Shown piece by piece: positions 1 through 8,795 of a DNA stretch of 63,301 nt. The stretch is from contig CABYVI010000004.1 in NCBI GenBank assembly GCA_902522415.1, positions 1-63,301 on the forward strand, read 5' to 3'. Within the stretch, counting starts at the first letter, position 1; every line of letters starts with the position of its first letter. The notes below the pieces were generated by a model. That model ran no database searches and was not told the DNA's origin. It worked only from the letters and a program-made list of their open reading frames with translations. Position numbers and translations under genes: made by a program. The stretch is from an uncultured SAR116 cluster alpha proteobacterium. Lineage in GTDB: Bacteria > Pseudomonadota > Alphaproteobacteria > Puniceispirillales > GCA-002684695.

Positions 1-579
1 TCTTTGATGAGAGATAAAAAAACTCGATCTGTAATCTTCAGGGCCTTGATGAAAGAAGCTGGAATGATTTTAGGAGTTGAAGCCACTAAAGAGCTGAAAT
101 CGTATGAGAAAAAAATTTTAACTCCATTAGAGGAAATGGAAGCTTGCTTTTTGAAAGAACCTGAGCCAGCAGTTGTATCAATTTTAAGAGCTGGAAATGG
201 TTTGTTAGAAGGTTTATTGCAGATAATGCCACATGCAGCTGTAGGGTTTTTAGGAATGTCTAGAGACCATGATACCCTAAAACCTATTGACTATTATCAA
301 AATCTTCCAAATGACATGTCTAATAGATCAGTAATAATTGTTGATCCAATGCTTGCAACAGCAGGAAGTGGAATTGAGGCTACACGCTTAGTAAAAAAAG
401 CTGGTGCAACGTCAATTACTTTCGTATGTCTTTTAGCGGCGCCAGAGGGGATTGCTGCATTCAATGAGGTTCACAGTGATGTTAAGCTAGTTACTGGATC
501 AATAGATAGAGAATTAAACGAGAAAGGGTATATTCTTCCTGGTTTAGGAGATGCTGGTGATCGAATTTATGGAACTTAA
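1..579 (+). CDS. upp: Uracil phosphoribosyltransferase (5' end truncated by the window edge)
   Basis: VSILRAG, PRPP-binding IIVDPMLATAGS and C-terminal YILPGLGDAGDRIYGT motifs; frame is open from position 1. Confidence 0.97.
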   Translation, partial: SLMRDKKTRSVIFRALMKEAGMILGVEATKELKSYEKKILTPLEEMEACFLKEPEPAVVSILRAGNGLLEGLLQIMPHAAVGFLGMSRDHDTLKPIDYYQNLPNDMSNRSVIIVDPMLATAGSGIEATRLVKKAGATSITFVCLLAAPEGIAAFNEVHSDVKLVTGSIDRELNEKGYILPGLGDAGDRIYGT

Positions 580-2381
580 CCTATACTAATAGCTCCTGTA
601 TCACTGCTTGTGACTTGATGTCTATTTGTTTTAAAAAGTTCTCTTCCATAGCCTGAAGAGTAATCAGTGCTAGTATAGCTGACCAATCTTTTATCAAGAA
701 GTTTATTGCTTATTTTTACATTCATAGTTCCTTTTTGAGCGTCTATTTCTATAAAATCTGATTTTTTTATTTTTGAAATAACACCACCATCATTTGTTTC
801 AGGGTTAACATGAACCACTGTTAAGACAGATCCTGAAGCGCCTGACATTCTTCCGTCCGTGATCAAAGCAATTCTATAACCCAAATTTTGAATTACTGAT
901 AATATTGGATTTAATGAGTGAAGCTCTGGCATACCATTTGATTTTGGTCCCTGTCCTCTGATTACAACAACACAATTTTTATTTAGTGATCCTTTTTCAA
1001 AAGCTTTACTAAATTCTTCTGGTGTTTCAAAAATTTCTGCTTGCTCACAAATTTTCTGGTGTATAGATTTTACAGAAGAGATTTTAACTATACCTTTTCC
1101 AATATTCCCCGTTACCACATTTATCCCACCATTTGAACTAAATGGCTTTTTAAATGGACGTAAAATATTTTTATCAAGATCATTATTTTTTAAAATTTTA
1201 TATATAATTTTATTATTCTTTTCTTCTGGTCTTTTCATATAATCCTTAAATCTATTTTCATTAATTGTTCTGATGTCATTATGAATTAATCCGTTTTCAG
1301 ATAATTCTTTTATTAAAAAACTAGTACCACCTGCTTTATGAAATTCATTAATGTCTGCTTCACCGTTTGGGTAAACGTTAGTTATAATTGGAGTGACTTT
1401 CGATAGCTTTCCAAAGTCTTCCCAATTTATAGTTATTCCGGCAAATTTTGCAATTGCAACTAAATGAATAGTTAGGTTCGTTGAACCACCAGAAGCAAGC
1501 AAGCCTACTATTGCATTAACTATTGATTTTTCATTCACCAATTTACCAATGCAACTTTTTTTATCTTCCTCTCTTGATAGTTCTATAATTCTTTTAGAAG
1601 CATTTTTTGTAAATAAACTTCTCAAATTTTCTTCAGGATTTATGAAGGCTGCTCCTGGAAGCATCAAACCCATTAATTCTAAAAGTAATTGATTGGTATT
1701 AGCTGTACCGTAGAAAGTACAAGTGCCGGGGCTATGGTATGATTTGCTTTCCACCTCTAAAAGTTCAGATTTTGTTATTTTTTTATTTATATATGCTTCT
1801 CTGGCTAATTTTTTTTCTTTATTACTGATACCTGTGGGCATAGGTCCTGCTGGAACAAATATTACAGGCAAATGACCAAAAGATAAGCAACCCATAAGCA
1901 AACCAGGAACAATTTTATCACAAATTCCAAGCATCAATGCACCATCAAAAACATTGTGACTTAGAGCTACTGCAGTAGATTGGGCTATTACATCTCTAGA
2001 AAATAACGATAATTCCATCCCAACTTGTCCTTGAGTTACACCATCACACATAGCAGGCACTCCTCCTGCAAACTGGCAGGTACCATTATTTTTTGTTATG
2101 ATTTTTTTGATTAAGGTTGGGTAACTTTCATATGGTTTATGAGCAGAAAGCATATCATTATAAGCTGACACTATTCCAATATTTGGTTTTGTCCCTAAGG
2201 CAATATCATTTTTTTCTTTTAAATTGCATCCTGCTATTGAATGAGCAATATTGCCACAACTCAAGGTTTCTCTTTTAATTTGAGTAGCTTGTGCTTTTTG
2301 TACTTTATCTAAATATAGTTTTCTTGAAACTGAAGATCGCTCAATAATATTATCAGTTACTTCTCTTACGATTTTGTTCAT
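576..2381 (-). CDS. edd: 6-phosphogluconate dehydratase
   Basis: SAYNDMLSAH, VPAMCDGVTQG, CDKIVPG and TDGRMSGASG motifs; next to zwf. Start at ATG 2381 or 2393. Confidence 0.96.
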   Translation of the reverse strand: MNKIVREVTDNIIERSSVSRKLYLDKVQKAQATQIKRETLSCGNIAHSIAGCNLKEKNDIALGTKPNIGIVSAYNDMLSAHKPYESYPTLIKKIITKNNGTCQFAGGVPAMCDGVTQGQVGMELSLFSRDVIAQSTAVALSHNVFDGALMLGICDKIVPGLLMGCLSFGHLPVIFVPAGPMPTGISNKEKKLAREAYINKKITKSELLEVESKSYHSPGTCTFYGTANTNQLLLELMGLMLPGAAFINPEENLRSLFTKNASKRIIELSREEDKKSCIGKLVNEKSIVNAIVGLLASGGSTNLTIHLVAIAKFAGITINWEDFGKLSKVTPIITNVYPNGEADINEFHKAGGTSFLIKELSENGLIHNDIRTINENRFKDYMKRPEEKNNKIIYKILKNNDLDKNILRPFKKPFSSNGGINVVTGNIGKGIVKISSVKSIHQKICEQAEIFETPEEFSKAFEKGSLNKNCVVVIRGQGPKSNGMPELHSLNPILSVIQNLGYRIALITDGRMSGASGSVLTVVHVNPETNDGGVISKIKKSDFIEIDAQKGTMNVKISNKLLDKRLVSYTSTDYSSGYGRELFKTNRHQVTSSDTGAISIG

Positions 2382-2405
2382 TTTAATCAACATTGCTAAA
2401 AGTCT

Positions 2406-3878
2406 CTAATCTAAAACTGGTTCATACCATTTAAAACCGTTTTTTTCTATAAGTTCGTTAGATGATTTAGGCCCCCATGAACCAGGTTTATAAATCTCTG
2501 GTTTGAAATTATTTTCTTTAATTAACTTAACTATTGGATCAATCCAATTCCAAGCTGCTTCAACTTCATCTTTACTAATAAATAGTGTTTGATTGCCTCT
2601 TACAACATCCATAAGCAGCCTTTCATAAGCATCCGGTATTCTTTTTTTAAAAGTATCAGAAAAGGATAAATTTAGAAAAGATGGCGCTATTCTAATTCCT
2701 CCAGGGCCTGGCTCTTTGCTCATAAGCAATAACTTTAACCCTTCATTTGGTTGAAGTCTTATAATTAGTTGATTGGGCTTTATTTGTTTTTCTATGCTTT
2801 GATCAAAAATAAAATGTTTTACAGGCTTAAACGTAACTACAATTTCAGAAACTCTTTTTCTTAATTTTTTACCAGTTCTTACGAAAAAAGGAACACCTTT
2901 CCATCTCCAATTATTTATATTTATTTTAAATGCAGCAAAACTTTCTGTTGTGCTCAGATGGTTTTTTGAATCTTTAAGATAAGAGTTTATTTTGGCCCCG
3001 TTAATTTTAATTTCACTTCCATATTGCCCTATAGAAAAATCCTCTAATCTTTCAATATTCTGCATTGATTGTAAAATTTTTAATTTCTCATTTCGAACCA
3101 GATCAGCATCAAGCTTTGATGGTGGTTCCATAGCAACAAGACATACTAATTGAAGAATATGATTTTGCACCATGTCTTTTATAGCACCATAAGTGTCATA
3201 ATAAGTTTCTCTGCCTTCTATGCCAATTTCCTCAGACACTGTTATTTGAATATTGCTTATAGAATTATTATTCCAGTGTGTTTCAAAAATTTGATTTGCA
3301 AATCTCATGGCCATTAGATTTTGGACTGTTTCTTTGCCAAGATAGTGATCTATTCTGTATATTTGAGCTTCTTTAAAATATTTATTTAATATGGTATTGA
3401 TCTTGATTGCAGATGGCAAATTATTACCAATAGGTTTTTCAACAATAATCCTTGTTTTTTTATTAACAAAATTATTTGATTTAATAAAATTTGCTGAGGA
3501 GCCAAATAATTCAGGTGCTGTTGCAAAATAAAAAAGCCTAATTTTGTTATCATCGTTCAAACATTTTTGGAAAGATAATAGGTTTTCTTTATTTGGATTG
3601 GTTATATCAATGCAGTAGTATTTAATTTTAGATAGAAATTTTTTTATTAAACTGGAACTGCCACCAGTATTTTTTGGAGTATTTTTTTTCAGTAAATTTA
3701 TGAATTCACTGTCATTTAATTTTTGTCTTGCTAAGCAAAATACTCGCGAATTTTCAGGAATTTGGCCATCAACATATCTTTTTAATAATGCAGGCAAGAT
3801 CTTTGTTATTGATAAATTACCTGTAGAGCCGATTATAGTAATATCGAATTCTTGTATTTCTGAATTTGGGTGTATCAT
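2406..3878 (-). CDS. zwf: Glucose-6-phosphate 1-dehydrogenase
   Basis: RIDHYLGKE signature, EKPIG, DMVQNH, YERLL. Confidence 0.97.
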   Translation of the reverse strand: MIHPNSEIQEFDITIIGSTGNLSITKILPALLKRYVDGQIPENSRVFCLARQKLNDSEFINLLKKNTPKNTGGSSSLIKKFLSKIKYYCIDITNPNKENLLSFQKCLNDDNKIRLFYFATAPELFGSSANFIKSNNFVNKKTRIIVEKPIGNNLPSAIKINTILNKYFKEAQIYRIDHYLGKETVQNLMAMRFANQIFETHWNNNSISNIQITVSEEIGIEGRETYYDTYGAIKDMVQNHILQLVCLVAMEPPSKLDADLVRNEKLKILQSMQNIERLEDFSIGQYGSEIKINGAKINSYLKDSKNHLSTTESFAAFKININNWRWKGVPFFVRTGKKLRKRVSEIVVTFKPVKHFIFDQSIEKQIKPNQLIIRLQPNEGLKLLLMSKEPGPGGIRIAPSFLNLSFSDTFKKRIPDAYERLLMDVVRGNQTLFISKDEVEAAWNWIDPIVKLIKENNFKPEIYKPGSWGPKSSNELIEKNGFKWYEPVLD

Positions 3879-4021
3879 TAAATTGTTTTAAAATTTTTCT
3901 TAATATTAAACGAAAAAAATAAAAATTAAACCAAATAAATTTAAATTTATTTAATAAAGAATTAAAAAAATTTTAATCTAAATTAATTCTGGTAAATACA
4001 ATTTTTATTATTTAATCTAAT

Positions 4022-5212
4022 ATGATGCGCCTTTTTAAAAACCTAGCCAAATTTTTTGAATATTTGAATAAAAATGTTTTCTTTCTGGCATCAGCACAAG
4101 TTTTTTCTATGACTGCCATGAATATTAATATAATTACAACGGGTTTAGCAGGATTTATTATTGCACCATATGGATGGTTATCAACTTTTCCATTAAGTCT
4201 TCAATTTATATTGACTATGATATCAACTTTTCCATGTTCTATTTTAATGTCAAAATATGGTAGGAAAAAAATCTTCTTAGCTGGCATAATCTCGATTTCA
4301 TTTGGTGGGTTTTTGATGACCATTGCACTAATTCAAAGAAACTTTAATATTTTTTGTTTAGGTTCAATCTTTTTAGGTATTGGTCACTCTTCAAGTTTAT
4401 TTTATAGATACGCTGCGACTGAAACAGTTCCAAAAAGCGTTCAACCAAAAGCTATGTCACTGGTTTTATCTGCAGGATTAATAGCTGCTTTTCTTGGTCC
4501 TTATATTTACAAAATGTCTGCAGATTTAGTTTTGAACAGTTTATATGCTGGAAGTTATTTTTTAATGGCGATTATACAATTAATTGCAGCCTTTTTTATC
4601 ATTAGAATTGAAATACCTATTCCTCCAATAAAAAAGCGTGGGGGAAGAAAAACTATTGAAATTTTTAAAAACCCCTCAATGATAAGAGGGGTCATATCAG
4701 CTGCAGGTGGTTATGGAATAATGAGTTATCTTATGACGGCAACGCCATTACAAATTATTAATGTTTGTAAATATAGTATTTCAGAAAATGCTAGTATAAT
4801 TCAATGGCATGTCATTGCAATGTTTGCACCTTCATTTTTTACTGGCTCTTTAATTCAAAGGTTTTCTGTTGAGAGGATTCTTGTAACTGGAATACTATTT
4901 TATTTATTAGTGGTAGTAGTTGCTTTTTTAGCAAATACACCTGACCAATATCTTTTAGCGCTTTTCTTATTAGGAATAGGATGGAACTTTTTGTATATTG
5001 GAGGTTCTAGTTTAATAGTAAGTCTTACTAAACCTGAAGAACAGGGAAGGGTCCAAGGTATTTCTGATTTAATAATATTTGGTACAGTTTCAATCTCTTC
5101 CCTAAGTGCAGGTTTAGCACACTATACATTAGGATGGGATAAAATGGTAATATATTCATTGCCAATAATGTTAATAATAATTCTAGCAAATATGATTAAT
5201 ATTAAAAAATGA
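4022..5212 (+). CDS. MFS transporter
   Basis: About 12 hydrophobic segments, SKYGRK loop motif, IQWHVIAMFAPSFFTGSLI and GIGWNFLYIGGS motifs typical of a proteobacterial MFS subfamily. Confidence 0.88.
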   Translation: MMRLFKNLAKFFEYLNKNVFFLASAQVFSMTAMNINIITTGLAGFIIAPYGWLSTFPLSLQFILTMISTFPCSILMSKYGRKKIFLAGIISISFGGFLMTIALIQRNFNIFCLGSIFLGIGHSSSLFYRYAATETVPKSVQPKAMSLVLSAGLIAAFLGPYIYKMSADLVLNSLYAGSYFLMAIIQLIAAFFIIRIEIPIPPIKKRGGRKTIEIFKNPSMIRGVISAAGGYGIMSYLMTATPLQIINVCKYSISENASIIQWHVIAMFAPSFFTGSLIQRFSVERILVTGILFYLLVVVVAFLANTPDQYLLALFLLGIGWNFLYIGGSSLIVSLTKPEEQGRVQGISDLIIFGTVSISSLSAGLAHYTLGWDKMVIYSLPIMLIIILANMINIKK

Positions 5213-5216
5213 TTTT

Positions 5217-5225
5217 TGCATTGCA
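5217..5225. promoter_or_regulatory. TGC-N3-GCA operator-like site (TGCATTGCA), possible PhaR/AniA site
   Basis: Identical in inverted orientation to the motif at 5353-5361 over the sRNA start; GC-containing 9-mer in very AT-rich DNA. Confidence 0.4.
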
Positions 5226-5291
5226 CAATCAATGTGAAGAAATAATTGATCAATATTTAGATATTTTTTCATAGTCTAATACAAAATAAAG

Positions 5292-5319
5292 AAAAAAAAG
5301 CTGCAAATTAATTGCAGCT
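5292..5319 (-). terminator. Intrinsic terminator of the sRNA
   Basis: 8-bp stem AGCTGCAA (5299-5306) / TTGCAGCT (5312-5319) followed by a U-tract on the minus strand. Confidence 0.85.
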
Positions 5320-5355
5320 GAGTTCAGGGAGGAAATATAAAAATTTTTATTTTGC
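5292..5355 (-). ncRNA. SuhB/MmgR (alpha-r8)-like small RNA
   Basis: Minus strand reads ...UAUAUUUCCUCCCUGAACUC-AGCUGCAA-UUAAU-UUGCAGCU-UUUUUUU: the UUUCCUCCCU anti-SD core followed by an intrinsic terminator. 5' end estimated from the promoter. Confidence 0.75.
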
Positions 5356-5390
5356 AATGCATTAATAGCATTATTCCACGATTCTGTCAA
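5353..5390 (-). promoter_or_regulatory. sigma70 promoter of the sRNA with overlapping TGCATTGCA operator-like site
   Basis: TTGACA (5390-5385), 17-nt spacer, TATTAA (5367-5362), immediately followed by TGCATTGCA (5361-5353). Confidence 0.7.
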
Positions 5391-5426
5391 TTTTGGAAAA
5401 TATTGTCAAATCATTTTTAATTTTTT

Positions 5427-6257
5427 TTAAGCCATTGATTTTGATAAATTAATCACTTCATAAGGAGCATGTCCACTTTCACGTAAATTTTTAACCGTTA
5501 ATTCTGGACTTGATCTTTTTGCAATTCTATTTCCTGAATGGTCATTTATCAGTGCGTGGTGCATCCATTTTGTTTCATTCAAATCTAATAAAATTTGTAA
5601 TAATCTATGAATATTAGAGTAATTGAATAGATCATTACCTCTAATTATGTGGGATATACCATCAGCGTTATCATCAACAGTTACAGAAAGATGATAGCTA
5701 GTTGAAATATCTTTTCTAGCAATAATTAAATCACCAAACTGCTCAATATCAATAGGTAATCTTCCAACATTGATATCATGCCAATAAAGTTTTTCTTCAT
5801 GTTGTTTCAAAAAATCTATGCATTTTCTAATATTTAATCTCCATGCAGGTGTGATCCCAATATCCTCTCTAATTTTTATTTCTTGTTCGGATAACAAAAA
5901 ATGCCCTATTTTAGAATCTTCTTTGTGGGGAGCTGTTAAAGCTTCTTTTGCCTCTTTCCTTGATAGCCAACAAGGATATATTAAATCTTTACTTTTTAAA
6001 GAATTCAATGCTCTTGAGTATTGTTTTCTCCGCATAGATTGATTTTTGGTTCTAAAGAAAGGAATTTTAAGCCAATTTATGTCCTTTATAATTGCCTCTG
6101 TATAAATATTTTTACATCTTGTAAAATCAATGTCTTCTATTCTTAAAATAAATTTGCCATTATGGTTTTTAGAATATTCGTATGAGCATATCAGAGAGTA
6201 AATATGTCCTAAATGGAGAAACCCAGTTGGAGATGGTGCGAACCTTGTAACAATCAT
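5427..6257 (-). CDS. gluQ: Glutamyl-Q tRNA(Asp) synthetase
   Basis: TRFAPSPTGFLHLGH, LRIEDID, IIRGNDL; about 280 aa and lacks the anticodon-binding domain. Likely start ATG 6257. Confidence 0.9.
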   Translation of the reverse strand: MIVTRFAPSPTGFLHLGHIYSLICSYEYSKNHNGKFILRIEDIDFTRCKNIYTEAIIKDINWLKIPFFRTKNQSMRRKQYSRALNSLKSKDLIYPCWLSRKEAKEALTAPHKEDSKIGHFLLSEQEIKIREDIGITPAWRLNIRKCIDFLKQHEEKLYWHDINVGRLPIDIEQFGDLIIARKDISTSYHLSVTVDDNADGISHIIRGNDLFNYSNIHRLLQILLDLNETKWMHHALINDHSGNRIAKRSSPELTVKNLRESGHAPYEVINLSKSMA

Positions 6258-6290
6258 ATAAACTCTCAAAATAATTAAAAAGGTGTCAAA

Positions 6291-6923
6291 ATGACTATAG
6301 AATTAAAAGGACCTAATTTTAAACATCAAAATCAAGATATTGAAAGAATATGTATTTTCTTTCATGGTTGGGGTAGTAATGGAGATGATCTAATATCATT
6401 AGCTCCAATTATGTCTAAATATTTACCAGAAATGCTTTTTGTTTCTCCAAATGCTCCTGAAATATGCGATATGAACCCTGATGGAAGGCAATGGTTTAAT
6501 ATAATGGATAGAGAAAAAGGTATCGATAGTCCTATTTCTAGTATTGAAAAATATATAAGAAATATAAAATTAGAATATGGTGTAAGTAATAGTAAAATTT
6601 TTTTATTTGGTTTTAGTCAAGGTGCAATGATTGCATTACATTATGGTTTAAGGGCAAGTGAGAAATTCGCAGGTATCTTAGCTTTTTCTGGTTCTTTGAT
6701 ATCACCACACAGAATGTCTGAAATAAAAAATAATACTCCTGTTATGATTATTCATGGGGATTTAGACGATGTTGTTCCATTTGATGAGATGGAAAAAGCA
6801 TCTATGGCGTTAGAAAAACACAACCTGAATGTTGAAAAACACTCTATCCCTAATTTAGGTCATGGTATCAATGATTTTGGAATACAAAAAGCTATAGATT
6901 TTATGAAAAAATTAAAAAATTAA
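6291..6923 (+). CDS. Phospholipase/carboxylesterase (alpha/beta hydrolase)
   Basis: HGWGS, GFSQG nucleophile, HGDLDDVV, GH catalytic His. Confidence 0.92.
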   Translation: MTIELKGPNFKHQNQDIERICIFFHGWGSNGDDLISLAPIMSKYLPEMLFVSPNAPEICDMNPDGRQWFNIMDREKGIDSPISSIEKYIRNIKLEYGVSNSKIFLFGFSQGAMIALHYGLRASEKFAGILAFSGSLISPHRMSEIKNNTPVMIIHGDLDDVVPFDEMEKASMALEKHNLNVEKHSIPNLGHGINDFGIQKAIDFMKKLKN

Positions 6924-6998
6924 AAAATTAAATAGTTATTAATTGTAAATTTATATGTTTATTGTAACTATTAAATAGAATTATTTTAATTGGATTTT

Positions 6999-7553
6999 AT
7001 GCTGAATTATTCTCCTACATTAGTTCTTAATTCTGACTTTAGGCCTCTGAGTTATTTTCCTTTATCTTTATGGTCATGGCAAGACACTATTAAAGCTGTT
7101 TTTTTGAATAGAGTAAATATTCTTTCTGAATATGAGGAAGTTATTCATTCACCGTCATTTGAAATAAAATTACCATCTGTGATATCACTAAAAGAATATG
7201 TACAGCAATCTAGAGATCCAGCATTCACCCGTTTTAATGTTTTTCTAAGAGACAGCTTTTGTTGTCAATATTGTAATATGAAATTGCCCACTCAGCAGCT
7301 TACTTTTGATCATGTTTTGCCTAGGTCTTTAGGTGGAAAAACAAATTGGTCAAATGTTGTAACTGCATGTCAAAAATGTAATTTTAAAAAAGGTAATAAA
7401 ATTTTAAGGAATACAGGTCTAACTCTTAAAAATCCACCAAAACAACCCTCAACATGGTTGTTACAAGAAAATGGTAGAGCTTTCCCACCTAATTACTTAC
7501 ACCAAAGTTGGATGGACTATCTATATTGGGATACTGAATTAGAAAAAAATTAA
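6999..7553 (+). CDS. HNH endonuclease family protein
   Basis: RD..CQYC...LTFDHVLPRSLGG...NVVTACQKCNFKKG. Likely start ATG 6999. Confidence 0.93.
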   Translation: MLNYSPTLVLNSDFRPLSYFPLSLWSWQDTIKAVFLNRVNILSEYEEVIHSPSFEIKLPSVISLKEYVQQSRDPAFTRFNVFLRDSFCCQYCNMKLPTQQLTFDHVLPRSLGGKTNWSNVVTACQKCNFKKGNKILRNTGLTLKNPPKQPSTWLLQENGRAFPPNYLHQSWMDYLYWDTELEKN

Positions 7554-7557
7554 ATTT

Positions 7558-8040
7558 TTAATATTTAATCTTTTTTATAAAACTCAAATAAATTAGTACA
7601 AAAGTTTCAATTAATGAAAGTAAAGTATTCCAGTTCGTCATCGAAAGACCTAAGAAACTCCATACAACAATATCACAACCAACAACTGGTTTATCGAGAA
7701 GTTCTTGAAGTGTTACTATAGTGTTTGTTGAAAGACTTGAGCAACTTCCGGGAGAGTTAAAAATACCTAGCTCTACTCCTGAATGCCAGAAGCCTATTAC
7801 AGCACTTGCAAAAGCTAAAAAAATTAGTAACAGCAAAAAAATTTTTAGATATTTTTGTGAAATAATTAATAATATACAGAATATAATAATTGCTATATGA
7901 GGCCATCTCTGCCAAAGACACATTTGGCATGGAATTAACTTTTCAAAATACTGGAAAGCTAGTGCTATTATTAACAAACCACCTGAATAAATTAAACCAA
8001 AAATTGCAGGGTTATTTATTTTTATATAATTAAAAACCAT
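7558..8040 (-). CDS. dsbB: Disulfide bond formation protein B
   Basis: PCQMCLWQRWPH motif, four TM segments, second Cys pair, LSMTNWN. Confidence 0.9.
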   Translation of the reverse strand: MVFNYIKINNPAIFGLIYSGGLLIIALAFQYFEKLIPCQMCLWQRWPHIAIIIFCILLIISQKYLKIFLLLLIFLAFASAVIGFWHSGVELGIFNSPGSCSSLSTNTIVTLQELLDKPVVGCDIVVWSFLGLSMTNWNTLLSLIETFVLIYLSFIKKIKY

Positions 8041-8615
8041 ATGATAATAATAAATATTCCAATAATTACTGTAGTAATTGTTAAATTATTTGCTAGAATT
8101 TTAATAGCCTGTTCTCCAAAAAAATATGATAGTGAAGCAACTATTGAAAATCTTAAACCTCGACCAAAAATAGAACCAATGATGAAAATTAATAATGGAA
8201 CACCAGTTGCTCCAGATGAAAGAGCAATTAACTTATAAGGCAAAGGTGTAAAAGCGCCAATAAATGAAAGTAAAAATCCCCATTCACTAATTGCTTGATT
8301 AACATTTCTAAAATCATGAATAGATACGCCAGGAATATATTCAATTATATTTTGAAGACCAATACCTAAATAAAGACCGATTAACCAACCAAAAATACCA
8401 CCAATTACTGATGCTAAAACTGTTAAACTGGTTAAAAAGACCACCTTATTGGGTTTTGCAATTATACATGCTGCAAGCAGAGGATCTATTGGGATAGGAA
8501 AAATTATCGATTCTGCAAATGAAAGACCAAACAAAAACTTATTTGTTGTTTTGCTTGATGATATTTCACTAATTTTTTTGTAAAAATTATTTTTTTTTAA
8601 AAAATTTATTCTAAT
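8022..8615 (-). CDS. YqaA/DedA family membrane protein; probable AUU start at 8615 (ORF track starts at TTG 8534)
   Basis: SFAESIIFPIPID, FTPLPYK and GRGLRF motifs; frame is open to a stop at 8628-8630; AGGAAAG lies 7 nt before ATT. Confidence 0.85.
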   Translation of the reverse strand: MRINFLKKNNFYKKISEISSSKTTNKFLFGLSFAESIIFPIPIDPLLAACIIAKPNKVVFLTSLTVLASVIGGIFGWLIGLYLGIGLQNIIEYIPGVSIHDFRNVNQAISEWGFLLSFIGAFTPLPYKLIALSSGATGVPLLIFIIGSIFGRGLRFSIVASLSYFFGEQAIKILANNLTITTVIIGIFIIIIWFLII

Positions 8616-8655
8616 AAGATTACTTTCCTAAAGCTTAACCTGATAGTATTTTCAA

Positions 8656-8742
8656 TGGTACGGATGGTCGGACTTGAACCGACAAGGTGTTGCCACCGGG
8701 GGATTTTGAATCCCCTGCGTCTACCAATTCCGCCACATCCGC
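8656..8742 (-). tRNA. tRNA-Leu (anticodon CAA)
   Basis: GCGGATG/CATCCGT acceptor stem, GGGGA-TTCAAAA-TCCCC anticodon arm, long variable arm, GTTCAAGT T-loop, encoded CCA. Confidence 0.97.
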
Positions 8743-8795
8743 AGAAATAAATATAAATAAAAATATTATCTTTAATTTAATATTAATCAATAACT

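Noticed and set aside
8641-8795. tRNA-Leu(CAA) as an integration site, with the nearby HNH as cargo
   Set aside because: No integrase, no duplicated tRNA 3' end seen, and the flanking genes are housekeeping.
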